Shown: positions 19,600 to 31,219, numbered from the stretch's first letter. The stretch is 64,000 nt of DNA from Ignavibacteriota bacterium (GCA_963787835.1 CAWBEI010000002.1:288001-352000); one strand, 5' to 3'. Translations and numbers: made by a program. Notes: generated from the sequence alone by a model not told the origin.

Positions 19600-20895
19600 T
19601 TATTCTTTATTATTGCTTTTAGGATCGGTGGTATCGGTATCCTCAGGATGAGCTTTCTTTTCGGCTTCGGCTTTTTCCACCTCTGACTTGAGTTTCTTAT
19701 AATACCCTAACTGCTGATTAAAATACGTATTGTCATCCTTCGGAGCGTGGCTAACGGCTGTTTCTTCATCATGGATCGCATCGTCCCAGTGGTGCAAACG
19801 CCCATTTACCAGCGCCCGGGTATCGAAATAATTGGGATCGGTATCGTTTTTCGAAATTGCCTCATTGATAAGTGCGAAGGCATGCTGAAAATCCGTGGAG
19901 AAGCTCGCAAGATTCCATGCGTAATCATTCAGAAGATCGGGATCTCTGTAGTTCGTAAATGCGAAGATTCGCTCGTACATTGCCGAGGCACTATCGTGCT
20001 TTTTGGTCTTTTCAAAATGGTCGAGCAGTCGATTAAGAAGATCTAAATGCAAAAGGCTATCCTGTTCCCCTTTGCCGAGTGAAGCAATAAAATTTTCGAT
20101 CGGCACTGTATTTCCTTCAACCTTAAGCCGAAGATAGGCATAACGTAATTCGGCTGTTCGAGCGATAGCCGGAAAATCCTTCGAGTGTGCCAGACCCTCG
20201 AGATGGTAGAGCACGCTATCATATTTCGAACGCTGCTCGAACATATCAATAAGTTGTTCTCGCATTACAATGGAAGTTGTGTCCTTCCAAAACGCAGCGA
20301 TCATGCTTTTCAGCGTGTTCCGGCCTGCGAGAATGTCTGTAAGGCGTTGTTCCAACTGAGAAGCAGTAAATTGCTGTGGAAAAACGATTCGATCCATTTC
20401 TGCCTTGTCTGGACCGATAACGATCATCGCGGGACGAACGGCAATGCCATAATCCTTCTCAAGGCCACTCAAGCGCCAGCCAAGATTTCGGAGACTATCC
20501 AACCCCACCGCTGGCGGCGGATCGACCGCGAAATCAACCATGGAGGGTTCGAAGTGGGTCTTAATAAATTTTTGAAGAGAATCGCTTGTGATCACTTCCC
20601 GTGCAAGACGAATGCTGTTCGAATCAATGAGGTCAAGATCAAATGCAAGCGTGGGTTTGCCCGAATGCGCGGATGTTAGCACCGCATCATCCCACATCGT
20701 TTGAAATGGGAATTCATAGTGGATCGCCGGCGTGGTACTGAGCCGAGGGTTAATTGGCTGCTGCTGCGACCGAATCGGGGCAGCGCCTGCAACCATTATG
20801 CAGGCAGCAATAATAGCAGGGAAAAATAGTGCGCGGATAGGAATATTTTGCTTTTCGATGCCCCAAGAACACGCGAAATGCCGCTCGGTTTCCAA
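19600..20895 (-). CDS. Exported thioredoxin-like (no CxxC) plus TPR protein
   Basis: Signal peptide; SGKPTL, YGIAVRP (Trx-like); LNDYAWNLA...YFDTRA (TPR). Confidence 0.6.
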   Translation of the reverse strand: METERHFACSWGIEKQNIPIRALFFPAIIAACIMVAGAAPIRSQQQPINPRLSTTPAIHYEFPFQTMWDDAVLTSAHSGKPTLAFDLDLIDSNSIRLAREVITSDSLQKFIKTHFEPSMVDFAVDPPPAVGLDSLRNLGWRLSGLEKDYGIAVRPAMIVIGPDKAEMDRIVFPQQFTASQLEQRLTDILAGRNTLKSMIAAFWKDTTSIVMREQLIDMFEQRSKYDSVLYHLEGLAHSKDFPAIARTAELRYAYLRLKVEGNTVPIENFIASLGKGEQDSLLHLDLLNRLLDHFEKTKKHDSASAMYERIFAFTNYRDPDLLNDYAWNLASFSTDFQHAFALINEAISKNDTDPNYFDTRALVNGRLHHWDDAIHDEETAVSHAPKDDNTYFNQQLGYYKKLKSEVEKAEAEKKAHPEDTDTTDPKSNNKE

Positions 20896-20982
20896 TGATC
20901 TATGTTTTAATCAGAAAAGCAAGGATATAGAACGAAAAACAGCTTGCGTTGCGTTAGTTCTTCAGATCGAATGAGGTGAACC

Positions 20983-21549
20983 ATGCTCGCAGAAATTCAA
21001 GACCGAAAAACACTCTATCGGAAGACGTATGAGGATTATACAAAGCTCCCCGATTATCCCCGCTATGAGCTTATCGACGGAGAGTTCATTTTGACACCAA
21101 GCCCGACGTTCGATCATCAGGGAGTCAGCTTCGAACTCTCCTATTTGCTTGCTGAATATTTACGCCGGAACAAAATCGGACGCGCCGTGGCCGCACCGAT
21201 GGATGTGATATTCGATCAATGGAATGTCTGCCAGCCAGACCTTCTTTTTGTCTCGAACGAGCAGGCGTCCATTATAAAATCCGGCAGAGTGTTTGGAGCG
21301 CCTGATCTGGTTATGGAATTACTCTCCCCCTCCAACAGCTACCTCGATCTCACCAAAAAGAAAGAGCTGTACGAACGGTTTGGAGTCAATGAATATTGGA
21401 TCGTCGATCCGATGGAGCATTCCATTGACATATTCTCGAACCGAAATGGCACATTCGAACTCTCATTTTCCGGACGTGGCAATGGCAAAGCTCCCTCGGA
21501 AGTGTTGCCGGGGTTTATTGTAAATATTGAAGAATTGTTTGCACGGTAG
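20983..21549 (+). CDS. Uma2-family (PD-(D/E)XK) endonuclease
   Basis: YELIDG, QPDL, GAPDLVMELLSPS, YERFGVNEYWIVDP. Confidence 0.92.
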   Translation: MLAEIQDRKTLYRKTYEDYTKLPDYPRYELIDGEFILTPSPTFDHQGVSFELSYLLAEYLRRNKIGRAVAAPMDVIFDQWNVCQPDLLFVSNEQASIIKSGRVFGAPDLVMELLSPSNSYLDLTKKKELYERFGVNEYWIVDPMEHSIDIFSNRNGTFELSFSGRGNGKAPSEVLPGFIVNIEELFAR

Positions 21550-21562
21550 AAATTCCGCACAC

Positions 21563-23837
21563 TCAATCATGACGCCTATGTTGTTCTGGCGGTGCGTGAT
21601 GGCGGCCCGGCGGATCGGGGAGCGGCCTTAACTCGATCTCTCGTGGAGGGTTTTCAAGAGTATTTGAATCCGCAACGTGATCTACTCCAGGGAAATCGGG
21701 CGAGGAAGTATTAGAATAGCTTGTGTTGAAATACTGCATCTTCGGGCGTAGTGCATCATAGGCGTATTTCATGAATAATCCCCAAATGGGCGCGGCAGCT
21801 CGTCCACCTTGTCCGTCGGCGCCATTGAAGGTGATGCGTTTATCGTCGAATCCGACCCACACGCCTGCAGTGTATTGCGGCGTGTATCCGACGAACCATG
21901 CATCGGCGTAGTTCTGCGTAGTACCCGTCTTGCCGGCTGCTGGAAAATGGAAGCCGACCGATCGAATGCGGGAACCCGTACCGGCATTGACCACATCGCT
22001 GAGCGCGGAGGTCATCTCGTGGCAGATCCCTGGATCAATCACGTTGTCGAGTTCGGGATGCGCACGGTAGATCACTTTACCATTGCGATCTTCGACGCGA
22101 AAAATTGCGTATGGCGTCGAGTGAACGCCTTCATTCGCGAACGTGCTGTAGGCACTCGTTATTTCCAGCGGGCTTACTTCCGCCGTTCCCAGCGCGATCG
22201 AGGGATAGGGTGGAACATTCGAATGGATACCAAGCCGCTTTGCCATTTTTACCACATCTTGTACAGAAGTGATCTCCAGGATCGCATGGACCGCACACAG
22301 ATTCACCGAATATTGCAGCGCCGTCCGGATGGTACGCATTCCGCCCGGCTCTTCACCTTCAAAATTGCCGGGCGTCCAGATATGATTCCCATCCTGCATG
22401 GAGATCGGCTCATTCGATACTTCTGTTTCCGGACTTGCACCGCGCTCAAAGCAGGATGCATAAATGATAGGCTTGAACGCTGAACCCGGCTGACGGACGA
22501 TCTGCGTTACATGGTTCAACCCGTAGCGCGCTTCCTTGAAATTGGAGCTCCCGACCATGGCAAGAATCTGACCCGTAGATTGATCGATGCACACAAAGCC
22601 ACATTGCATACGAATGGCCGCATGCTTCACGCTGTCAATAAAATTCGCATTTCCACGAAGCCGAGATTCGACGTCCTTTCGATTCCCGGACTGAGCTGTG
22701 CGATATTCCAGGCTTGCATGAATGGCTTTTGTGACGAGTGAATCGAATAGGCCTTTGTGAGCGTCCCAATTCCATCGCTTATCGACAACATTTTTTTGAT
22801 ACTGTGCAATATGCTCCTCGACCGCTTTGTTCGCCGCGCGCTGCATGGTAGCGTTCAGCGTTGTATAGACAATAAGGCCATCGCGATACAGATCGTAGCC
22901 GCGCAATTCCGGTTTGCGAGAGAGTTCCTGCCGGATCATCTCCACAAAATGTGGTGCAATCCCGGCATCGGCTTTTAATGGCTGAACTTTAATGGGTTCA
23001 GCTTTGCATGCCATCACCTTCTCAGAAGAGAGATACCTGGTTTCGACCATGTTTTGCAGCACGGTATTACGCCGTGCCATGGCGCGGTCATAATTCTCTT
23101 CCGGATCGTAATTCTCCGGCCCCTTGAGAATTCCGATGAGAAACGCACCTTCAGAGGTCGTAAGCTGACCCACATCCTTACCGAAATACACCTGGCTGCG
23201 CCGTCTCGATGCCATACGCGCCGCGCCCAAAATACGCGACGTTCAGATACATTTCCAGAATTTCGTTCTTAGTATGCGTGCGCTCGATCTGCACCGCCGA
23301 GGCCATTTCCCGCAGCTTGCGCATTGGGCTCTTCTTTTGGCTGAGATAAAGGTTCCTCGCGAGCTGCTGCGTGATCGTGCTGGCGCCTTGCCTCGGCGAG
23401 AACGTGACAAGATCCGTCCATGCAGCCCGAATATTGCCCCAAAAATTAATTCCCCAATGCTTGTAGAAATCCCGGTCTTCAGTGGCGATAAGTGCAGCGA
23501 CCACATCGGGGGGAACATCCTTCAATCGGGCGGCTCTGCGGTTCTTAATGTAATATTGATCGAGCCGTTCTCCATCGGCACTGATAAGCTGCGTGGCAAG
23601 TTCCGGATGCGGATTTTCTAATTGGTCGAGCGTAGGCATTCCGCGGGCGATCGCAAACCAAAGCCAAATAAAAATCCCCGCAGCGAGAAGAAGTGTACTG
23701 CCGGAGACGATCTGCCAGCGCTTGATGCGATGAACGCGGCTGTGTGAAAAAACAAAAGGATATTCGTTACCTTCGACAGATGCAGTATCATCCGCAGTCA
23801 CATCATCCTCATGGTCGAGCCACCAATGTTTAGGCAT
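21563..23837 (-). CDS. Penicillin-binding protein 1A, split by a +1 frameshift near 23,198
   Basis: TEDRDFY, GASTITQQLAR, YLN in ORF 23178-23837; RQPGSAFKP, SVN, KTGTT in ORF 21563-23230. Removing one base restores ETA-SQVYFGK. Confidence 0.9.
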
Positions 23838-23845
23838 GCTTCAAT

Positions 23846-24586
23846 TTATGCGGCTTGTTCGATCCGGAACCCATTTTCATCAAAGACGCCATAGGTATAG
23901 CTGTGGATCCAATCCCCAAGATTCACATACGTACCCTCCGCAAAGGTTATCAACTGCGGCGAATGACGGTGTCCCATCACGACATAGTCGATCCCTCCCT
24001 GCTCAATTTGTTTTTCGGCAAAATTTCGAAGGCCATCCACTCTGTGAAGCGCATCCCGCTGATCGGTATAGGATCGCGAACGCCCGGAGATCCATTCAGC
24101 AAAACGGATCCCCAGATCGGGGTGGATAAGCCGGTATCCGGCCTGCAAAATGGGATTGCGAAGAATGCCGCGCAAGATCAGATACCCCCGGTCGTTCGCA
24201 GCCTTGCCATCGCCGTGTGAAATGTAGAAGTGTTTGCCAAGTAGCGTTCGCTCGATATCGCCACGACGCACAGGAATCGAAAGCTCCTTCTCGAAATAAT
24301 TTTGGTGGCCAAAATCGTGATTCCCCATGAGATATTCGACCGGAACAAGTTCGGCAATGCGGGCAAGCCCGGCGATCGTCCGAACATGGCGGCGTGGAAT
24401 AACGGAGGAAAACTCGAACCACGAATCGAAAAGGTCTCCCACGATAAAGAGTCCGCGTACTTCCCCAGCCCGTGCTTGGGCGAGAATGTCATCCAGCAGA
24501 CGCACGAGCCGGTTTTCACGCTCGTGGTCTTCGGCTGGAGGGCCATAGCCCAAATGCACATCGCTGATGAAGTAGTATTTCGACAT
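23846..24586 (-). CDS. lpxH: UDP-2,3-diacylglucosamine hydrolase
   Basis: SDVHLG, GDLFD, GNHDF, HGDG, GHRH, NLGDW. Confidence 0.88.
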   Translation of the reverse strand: MSKYYFISDVHLGYGPPAEDHERENRLVRLLDDILAQARAGEVRGLFIVGDLFDSWFEFSSVIPRRHVRTIAGLARIAELVPVEYLMGNHDFGHQNYFEKELSIPVRRGDIERTLLGKHFYISHGDGKAANDRGYLILRGILRNPILQAGYRLIHPDLGIRFAEWISGRSRSYTDQRDALHRVDGLRNFAEKQIEQGGIDYVVMGHRHSPQLITFAEGTYVNLGDWIHSYTYGVFDENGFRIEQAA

Positions 24587-24730
24587 AAATTCTTTCGAAA
24601 CGGCCAAACACCGTCTGAAGGCTAACACCGTAGAGCCTTCATCCGTCCTCACTGAAATAATTCTTCTGTTCTTGTAACAATCGGGCGTTCGCAGTGTTTT
24701 TATAGAAACAAACCCATCAGACGAATATTA

Positions 24731-26299
24731 ATGACCCGAAGAACAATCCGATCTCTCGCAGTAGCTGCTTGTTTGCTCATTGCTGCGATCGTAGCGATAG
24801 TGCCGGGTTGCCGGCCATCGTGTGACAGCATCCCCACCGAAGGGCTTGCCAGCGTGCGCATTTTGAATGCCGTCAGCAATTCGGCCTTACTCCTTGTGTA
24901 CGTCGATGGTAAACTGTTTGACAGTTGCTGGTACGACATCGATAACAAATACTATAATTGGAATCATAACCATGTGTTCGGGTATCGAAACACGTATCTT
25001 TCGGATGGATCTGAGCTTCGAGCTGGTTTTCACCATGTGGCAGGGATGGATGCTACTACGCGTGACACCGTTGCCACCTGGAATGGGGTGCTGAATCAAT
25101 ATCGCCAAAGTTTGATCTTTCCCGGAAAAATGAACGGCGCGCCATCGCAAACCCCGCAGGACAGACAAAACTCCGATCGTAGAGTCCGGTATATGAATGA
25201 CGTAACGCGCGGCCCAGAGGCACGCTCTTTTGCACGATTCATAAACGCCGTTCCGGATATTGGAGGCACAAGCGCAGGTGGCTTAGATGTCTATTTCGCC
25301 AACACTCCAACCACCGTTTCTGGAAAGGCTCATCCTGATCTCCGAATTCATTTCGATAGCATATCCTATAATAATGGCCTCGATATCGGGACTGGATTAG
25401 ATTCCAACGATTATTTGGAATTCCCTGCTCAAGTGCCGGGTCTGCTCATTATGCCGGTAAACGATACGAATACGAACGATGCGATCCTAAACTTTCCGCA
25501 TCCGCTTCCTACTTCGGAATTCCTCGCCACCATCGTGGTTCGGGGAGAGACCAACCCAAGCGGCACCGATCCGATCGCATCGGTGCTCGTGCTTGAAGAC
25601 GGCCAGCAGGCCCAGGGTAACTTTGCATTCGACATCCTGAGTCTCGGCGTGCGCATGGTGAACGCAACGAAATATGATTCCCTCAGCCTGTTAATTTCAA
25701 ATCCGTTAGATGAAACACCTTCTACTCCGCGCACTTTCTCTAATCTACCCTATCCGACTCAGATCAAAGTAACGGACATTACGCCGGATTCCGTCAGCGA
25801 TTACATGGCGCTTGGAACCACGCCACCCTATTACACTTTCTGGTTCGGTTCCTTTCCCAATTCGAGCGACACCTTATTCCACTTCAGCAGTAATGACTCT
25901 GACAAGGTCGCGACGGTTATTATCCCGCCACTGAACCCAAACACCCGTTATACCTTTGTGGCGATCGATACCATACCCCACGATGCCGGAAAGGCAGGCA
26001 TCAATTTACTGGAATTAGTGGACAGCGTTTCTACACCGGACAATGTGGCGTTGGGCCGGGTCCGTTTTGTGAATGCCACCTCTGATTATTCTGCGAGTTT
26101 CACATTCTCGGGTCAAAAGATAAGTTTAGGAAAGCGAGGCATCGCGTATGCCGATACAGCGGCTGGAACTTATACTATTTCCATAAATAGTGGTGCGGGA
26201 AGCATAACCCTCCCCGTTCAGTCTGGTTCGCCGACCACCGTATTTTTCATGCCCGCGCAGCCGGGCGATCCCATTCCATACCGCATCAGCACGCAATAA
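24731..26299 (+). CDS. Lipoprotein with repeated DUF4397-like domains
   Basis: Lipobox VPGC; repeats VRILNAV, ARFINAVPD, VRMVNAT, VRFVNAT. Confidence 0.75.
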   Translation: MTRRTIRSLAVAACLLIAAIVAIVPGCRPSCDSIPTEGLASVRILNAVSNSALLLVYVDGKLFDSCWYDIDNKYYNWNHNHVFGYRNTYLSDGSELRAGFHHVAGMDATTRDTVATWNGVLNQYRQSLIFPGKMNGAPSQTPQDRQNSDRRVRYMNDVTRGPEARSFARFINAVPDIGGTSAGGLDVYFANTPTTVSGKAHPDLRIHFDSISYNNGLDIGTGLDSNDYLEFPAQVPGLLIMPVNDTNTNDAILNFPHPLPTSEFLATIVVRGETNPSGTDPIASVLVLEDGQQAQGNFAFDILSLGVRMVNATKYDSLSLLISNPLDETPSTPRTFSNLPYPTQIKVTDITPDSVSDYMALGTTPPYYTFWFGSFPNSSDTLFHFSSNDSDKVATVIIPPLNPNTRYTFVAIDTIPHDAGKAGINLLELVDSVSTPDNVALGRVRFVNATSDYSASFTFSGQKISLGKRGIAYADTAAGTYTISINSGAGSITLPVQSGSPTTVFFMPAQPGDPIPYRISTQ

Positions 26300-26568
26300 T
26301 GGCCGAGAAACCACGCGTACAATTTATTACCAAAGAGGAAGGATGTTCCCTTTGCGATGACGCTTTCGAAGAGATCGAATCCGCAATGGACTACGTGGAG
26401 TTCGATCTCGATATCGTAAAGATCCGCCCAGGTGACGAGTTATGGGAGCGATATTGGGACAAGATCCCTGTGATCGTGATCGACGGCAAAGTTGCGTTCA
26501 CTCATAGGACGACAAGAGATCTCCTGATACGGAAGTTGCGTCCGAAACGCGGCTGGAAGTTCTGGTAA
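26299..26568 (+). CDS. Glutaredoxin-like (DUF836) protein
   Basis: CSLC, IPVIVIDGK. Confidence 0.85.
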   Translation: MAEKPRVQFITKEEGCSLCDDAFEEIESAMDYVEFDLDIVKIRPGDELWERYWDKIPVIVIDGKVAFTHRTTRDLLIRKLRPKRGWKFW

Positions 26569-26576
26569 TGAAAAAC

Positions 26577-26670
26577 GTCATTGCGAGGAGAAATTGCGCA
26601 GCGAAGCGGAGCAATTTGGACGAAGCAATCTCTTCACATTATGCGACCAGATTGCTTCGTCGAGATTGAC
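26577..26670. repeat. REP-like palindrome (GTCATTGCGAG...GAAGCAATCT type)
   Basis: 13-bp IR GACGAAGCAATCT (26619-31) / AGATTGCTTCGTC (26649-61), between convergent genes. Confidence 0.65.
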
Positions 26671-26686
26671 ATTAATAATACAATTC

Positions 26687-28391
26687 TTAATGTGCCACCA
26701 CCATCGGCCTCGTTACTGTTTGTGTGGCTGTTTTTAAGCGATAGAAATACGCACCGCTCGGCAGTTTGCTAACATCGAAGCTTACCTGCTGATTTCCGGC
26801 CGATTGCCAGCCATCCACCGGCCGCGCGATCTCTACCCCATCGCTCGAAAAGATCCCAAGCTGAACCGGACCCGCCACATCGAGCATGTAAGGGATTGTG
26901 GTCGAGGCTATTGCAGGATTCGGGTAATTCTGTAGAAGCATGAGACCAACAGTGCCTGGAGCAGAACCTACATAATTTACGGTCGAGTTTTTGAAAAGTC
27001 CCAGCGATTGCCACGGCGTCTTCGTTGTAGAATAGGTCGCACTCGAATCCTGCGTCAAGACATCCTGAACTACGGTGTTGATCGTACCCTGATCCGCGCC
27101 AGCCATGAGCCACTCGTTGATCATTGTGGCATAGACGTTGCGGAAATCGTGAGTTGGGTCGTAGGCAAGGTTTCCAGGCACGCCCTCATTATTATTGTTG
27201 ATCTCATTTGGATCGGATGTTGAGGTCGAAAGATCGGGATCGCTGCCATAGAACCGCGCCCTTGACCATCGTGCCAATAACGAAATGCGGCGCGGATGTT
27301 CCGTGATCGGTTCCGGAACCATTCTCCACCACGCGGCGGCCGAATTCGGAATAGGTCATCATGGCAACGGTATCGGCCATGTTCACGCCATTGATCGTTC
27401 CGAATGCTTCGAGGTCCTGCTGGAATGCAAGCACAGCCGCAGAGAGATCGGTGAGTAAACTCGCCTGCCGTGTGATCTGATCGGCATGTGTGTCGTAACT
27501 GCCTTGCGTGACAAGATAAATTTTGGTTTGGACAGGCCCATTCTGTAATTGGCTTGCGATCATTTGTGCAATACCAGCAAGCTGCGTGGCGAGCGCGCTC
27601 GATGGATAGGTTACTTTGTTCGTCATGACGCTACGCCCTACGATGGTCTGCGAATAAACTTGGGATTCCTGTTGAATAAGACGAACAAAAGCAAGTTCGT
27701 TGTATTGTGTTGTTGGGTTCGGTGGAATAGCGTCATAAGGATTTCCACCCGGCGCCGCTTTGGATGGCATAGAATTCATAGCAATCCCCATCCCTCCGTT
27801 CGCGCCTAAGAAAATATCGCTGAGCGCATTGCCGAATTCTATACCCAGCGGCCAATTGCCTAGGCCCGTTTGCGGTGCGCCATATTGATTGGCAAGGAAC
27901 CTTCCCACCCATCCGGTCGTGGCATAGATGCCGCTATCGGTTGCCGTGTTCCACACATCGGTGCCGCGAAAATGCGAAAGGATCGGGTTCGGGTAACCGA
28001 CGTTTTGGAGAATGGCCATCGGCCCGTTCCCGCCTCCGTTGCCGTAGAGCGTTAAAAAATCCCCCATTGCGCTATGGAACGCAAGGGACTGATGATCGGG
28101 AAGCGGGCCCGTAATGTCTGAACCAAAAAGCCCAAGCGTAGGCCGAAGCTGCTTATAATTGGCATACTGCGGACTGGAGCTTGTCGGCACGACGCAGTTT
28201 AGCCCATCGTTCCCACCCTGAAGCTGAATGATGACGAGCACATTGTTATTCGTGCTGCCCGAAGCTTCGAGCAAACTTCGCAGCGGTGAACGACCGAATG
28301 CGCGTATAGGCAAACCGCCGAGCAGTACCGGCAGCGTGTTCGCCGCCACACCAATCTTTAGTCCTGTTTTTAAGAAATCGCGACGTTTCAT
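26687..28391 (-). CDS. DUF1501 protein with Tat signal and T9SS CTD, +1 frameshift near 27,256
   Basis: MKRRDFLK; LQGGNDGLN, SHFRG, YDTH, SEFGRR..ENGSGTDHG; continues as DFRNVYAT...QNYPNP...LPSGAYF in ORF 26687-27322. Confidence 0.88.
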
Positions 28392-28406
28392 AGGTATTCT
28401 CCTCGT

Positions 28407-28515
28407 GTAGCTCCGACTTTTAGTCGGAGTGCGGGCTTTTCCAGCCCGTCATGTAAACGTTAGTTCAACCCGTTCGGGCTTGAAAGCCCGGGCAAAGACT
28501 AAAAGTCTGTGCTAC
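28407..28515. repeat. Nested GTAG-type REPIN
   Basis: Outer IR GTAGCTCCGACTTTTAGTC / GACTAAAAGTCTGTGCTAC; two inner CGGGCT..AGCCCG hairpins. Confidence 0.7.
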
Positions 28516-28528
28516 CCGTTTTTTTACT

Positions 28529-30322
28529 CTAAAATAATTGAAATTCCGGAAGTTGTGCTAAATCAGGAGCAAAAGTCGGTACTTGTGTTCCAATGACATC
28601 ATCGGTTTTGGTCGGATCCGGCGCAAGTTGCGTGGATTCGATCGGCCCCAGTGTGAAGGCCAGCGATATTTCTTCGAGATCGGAGAAAAGCACGCCTTCT
28701 GCGAGTGTATCTGCGTTGGCGATCTGATCGGCGTAGGTCGTCGCACTAAACGTCAATACCGATTTATTATTAAGTATGGAATTGCTATAATTCTGACGGC
28801 CCTGAAACGATCCCGCCGAGAGCCAGTTTTGCCCACCCGGCCAACCAGCCACATTCGGAGGGTTCAGCAATTGCTGTCCTTGGGAATTGTTCATGATCGT
28901 GTTCGTCATGTAGGAAATGTCCGGGTTGGTATCGGTATATTCTTCGTTTCCGTTTCCATCCTTCTTCAGAGCGTCTGGCGGATCGGCGGGATTAAATGCT
29001 GTATATGTCAGCCCAAATTCACGAACGAGGCTACCCATGTATTCCGCAGGACTCTTGATCTGCGCACCAATGACCTCATCCGAGTAAAAATGCGCGCTCG
29101 TCAGCAACGCCTGCATGACCGGCGCAATGTCGAACGGATTATACGGACTCGGAGGATTCAGCATGAGCTGCGCCATAGCATCGCGAATTTGCCCCTGAGG
29201 ATAGTCCGTAGTAGGCGGGTCGGTGATAGTAGGATCGTAATGGACGAACGTCTTATACAATCTCTGGCAGGCCCAATACGCAGCGGTATAACCTTCGGGG
29301 AACCCCGTGGGCAGTCCTAACAAGGCTGCGGATGCCGATGTTGGCTGCTGAAAGATAATATCGATCACATTCGTGGAAGCATTACTCGTCAACCCCAAAT
29401 TGCCCGTCACTCCCAAGAACGTTTTTGAATTCGGATCGAACCGGCTGCTACTGAACTGCCCCACAAAAGGCGAGGTAGTCGTCGGCGTCCATCCTGTAAG
29501 TGCCTGCGCGTTTGCTTCGACATCGTTCTGCGTGTAATTCGGGGTGTCGGTTCCCGGGAAGGTTATTCCGAGCGTAAACAGCTCCATGACCTCACGTGCG
29601 TAGTTTTCGTTGATGTCATTCGCTTTGCTCGTCCAGTAATTAGTATCTCCATTGAGATACAGGAGCATTGCAGGGTCGATGGTAATGGCTTGCGCAAACG
29701 TTTTGAAGTTCCCAAGCGCATTCGTCATGCAGGTGATGAGGTACTGATAGGCGTACGCCGAAATGTAATTGATGCTCGACGTGCCAATGACAAAATGATT
29801 CGTCCACATCAGCGTCATTTTCTGACGGATGGAGAGATTCTCCTGCATCATCTGGTCGAACCACCAATTTTCGATCTCCTGACATTGCAACGCCAGCAGG
29901 TTCGGGCCACCGCTGGAATTGATGGTGTTAAGCCATGATGCAAATGGTGCGGGAATTGGATCGGTCGTCAAATCCTGGCAGGCAAGAAGCTGTGTGACGA
30001 TGGCATTCATCGGCGTAGTCGCAACCGAGCCGAACGGCCCGATCTTTTGCGCAGCCAGAAATTGCGATTCCGGCACACCGAACATCGAGCGGCGCAGCAA
30101 ATGCCATAGCTGCGTTGCACCCCACGCCCCCGTATAAGGCGAAAGATCCGTCGAAAGTGGTTGCATCGAACCACCGGGGCCTGAACGCCCGGCATTACCC
30201 GCGAATTGAGACCGCTTGGCAAACGCGGCGGATGGATCCAATGCCCCGATCAAACTACCAGCACCTATCGTACCGCCTAACACGGATGCGCCAGTGCTCT
30301 TCAAAAATGTTCTTCGTTCCAT
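28529..30322 (-). CDS. DUF1800 family protein with Tat signal
   Basis: MERRTFLK; HLLRR, W.NHF, PAMLLYLNG, NENYAREVMELFTLG, PPNVAGWPGG. Confidence 0.92.
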   Translation of the reverse strand: MERRTFLKSTGASVLGGTIGAGSLIGALDPSAAFAKRSQFAGNAGRSGPGGSMQPLSTDLSPYTGAWGATQLWHLLRRSMFGVPESQFLAAQKIGPFGSVATTPMNAIVTQLLACQDLTTDPIPAPFASWLNTINSSGGPNLLALQCQEIENWWFDQMMQENLSIRQKMTLMWTNHFVIGTSSINYISAYAYQYLITCMTNALGNFKTFAQAITIDPAMLLYLNGDTNYWTSKANDINENYAREVMELFTLGITFPGTDTPNYTQNDVEANAQALTGWTPTTTSPFVGQFSSSRFDPNSKTFLGVTGNLGLTSNASTNVIDIIFQQPTSASAALLGLPTGFPEGYTAAYWACQRLYKTFVHYDPTITDPPTTDYPQGQIRDAMAQLMLNPPSPYNPFDIAPVMQALLTSAHFYSDEVIGAQIKSPAEYMGSLVREFGLTYTAFNPADPPDALKKDGNGNEEYTDTNPDISYMTNTIMNNSQGQQLLNPPNVAGWPGGQNWLSAGSFQGRQNYSNSILNNKSVLTFSATTYADQIANADTLAEGVLFSDLEEISLAFTLGPIESTQLAPDPTKTDDVIGTQVPTFAPDLAQLPEFQLF

Positions 30323-30502
30323 AAAGAAGGCTCCCAGAAAAAAGCAGTTATTCCTAAGACGCTCGTTTTAACAAAATGGTTTAATAGTGGAAATTATGAA
30401 TTATGAATTATGAAGTACGAAAGTCCTGCACATATTCATTGACACTCTGCATAATCACTAGGTGGGGAACATAACCACCCTCTCCGAACCTCTCACGCGC
30501 TC

Positions 30503-31144
30503 ATGCACGCAATTACAGATTTTTTTCATACCCTCAGCAGCCCCGATGGCTTGCAGCATTTGGTCAGCAGCGGCGGAATGATCGCGCTCGCAATCATTAT
30601 TTTCGCTGAGAACGGTTTACTCGTTGGATTTTTCCTCCCCGGAGATTCACTTCTCATCACAGCCGGAATTCTCATTGGCGGACATAAAGTGGATATTGAT
30701 TTCACCACTCTGGCGATTGTATTATGGATCGCGGCGATCGTTGGCGAAAGCGTAGGGTATTATTTAGGGAGATTAGCAGGCGAAACGTTGTACAAGCGGC
30801 CCGATTCTCGGTTTTTCAAGCGCGAACATCTCGCGCGAACACATGCCTTTTATGAAAAACACGGAGGAAAAACAATTGTGCTGGCGCGCTTTATCCCGAT
30901 CATCCGAACCTTCGTTCCCGTCGTAGCTGGCGCTGCGAGAATGGACCTGAAAAAATTCACGATCTACAATATTGCAGGAGGGTTGATCTGGACATTCGGT
31001 GTTCTGTTGCTTGGTCTTGTCCTTGGAAAGTCCGTGGCGAACATCGGGGATTATCTTTATTTGATAATCGGAATTGTGATAGTTCTTTCCATGCTGCCAC
31101 CTGGCATCGAATATTTCAAGAGCCGAAGACGACACAAAGGGTAG
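30503..31144 (+). CDS. DedA (VTT domain) membrane protein
   Basis: FAENGLLVGFFLPGDSLL, ARFIPIIRT. Confidence 0.95.
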   Translation: MHAITDFFHTLSSPDGLQHLVSSGGMIALAIIIFAENGLLVGFFLPGDSLLITAGILIGGHKVDIDFTTLAIVLWIAAIVGESVGYYLGRLAGETLYKRPDSRFFKREHLARTHAFYEKHGGKTIVLARFIPIIRTFVPVVAGAARMDLKKFTIYNIAGGLIWTFGVLLLGLVLGKSVANIGDYLYLIIGIVIVLSMLPPGIEYFKSRRRHKG

Positions 31145-31219
31145 GGACGTGCTGCGCACGTCCTCTTCCCTTGTCGGAATTTATTCTAACACAAAAGGAC
31201 GTGCGCAGCAAGTCCCTAC
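31141..31219. repeat. GTAG-type REPIN, copy 1
   Basis: GTAGGGACGTGCTGCGCACGTCC ... GGACGTGCGCAGCAAGTCCCTAC. Confidence 0.8.

Noticed and set aside
20983-21549. Uma2 nuclease as a defence system
   Set aside because: Solitary, common family with no partner genes.
30392-30414. (AATTATG)x3 heptamer repeat
   Set aside because: Only three copies in AT-rich intergenic DNA; no function supportable.
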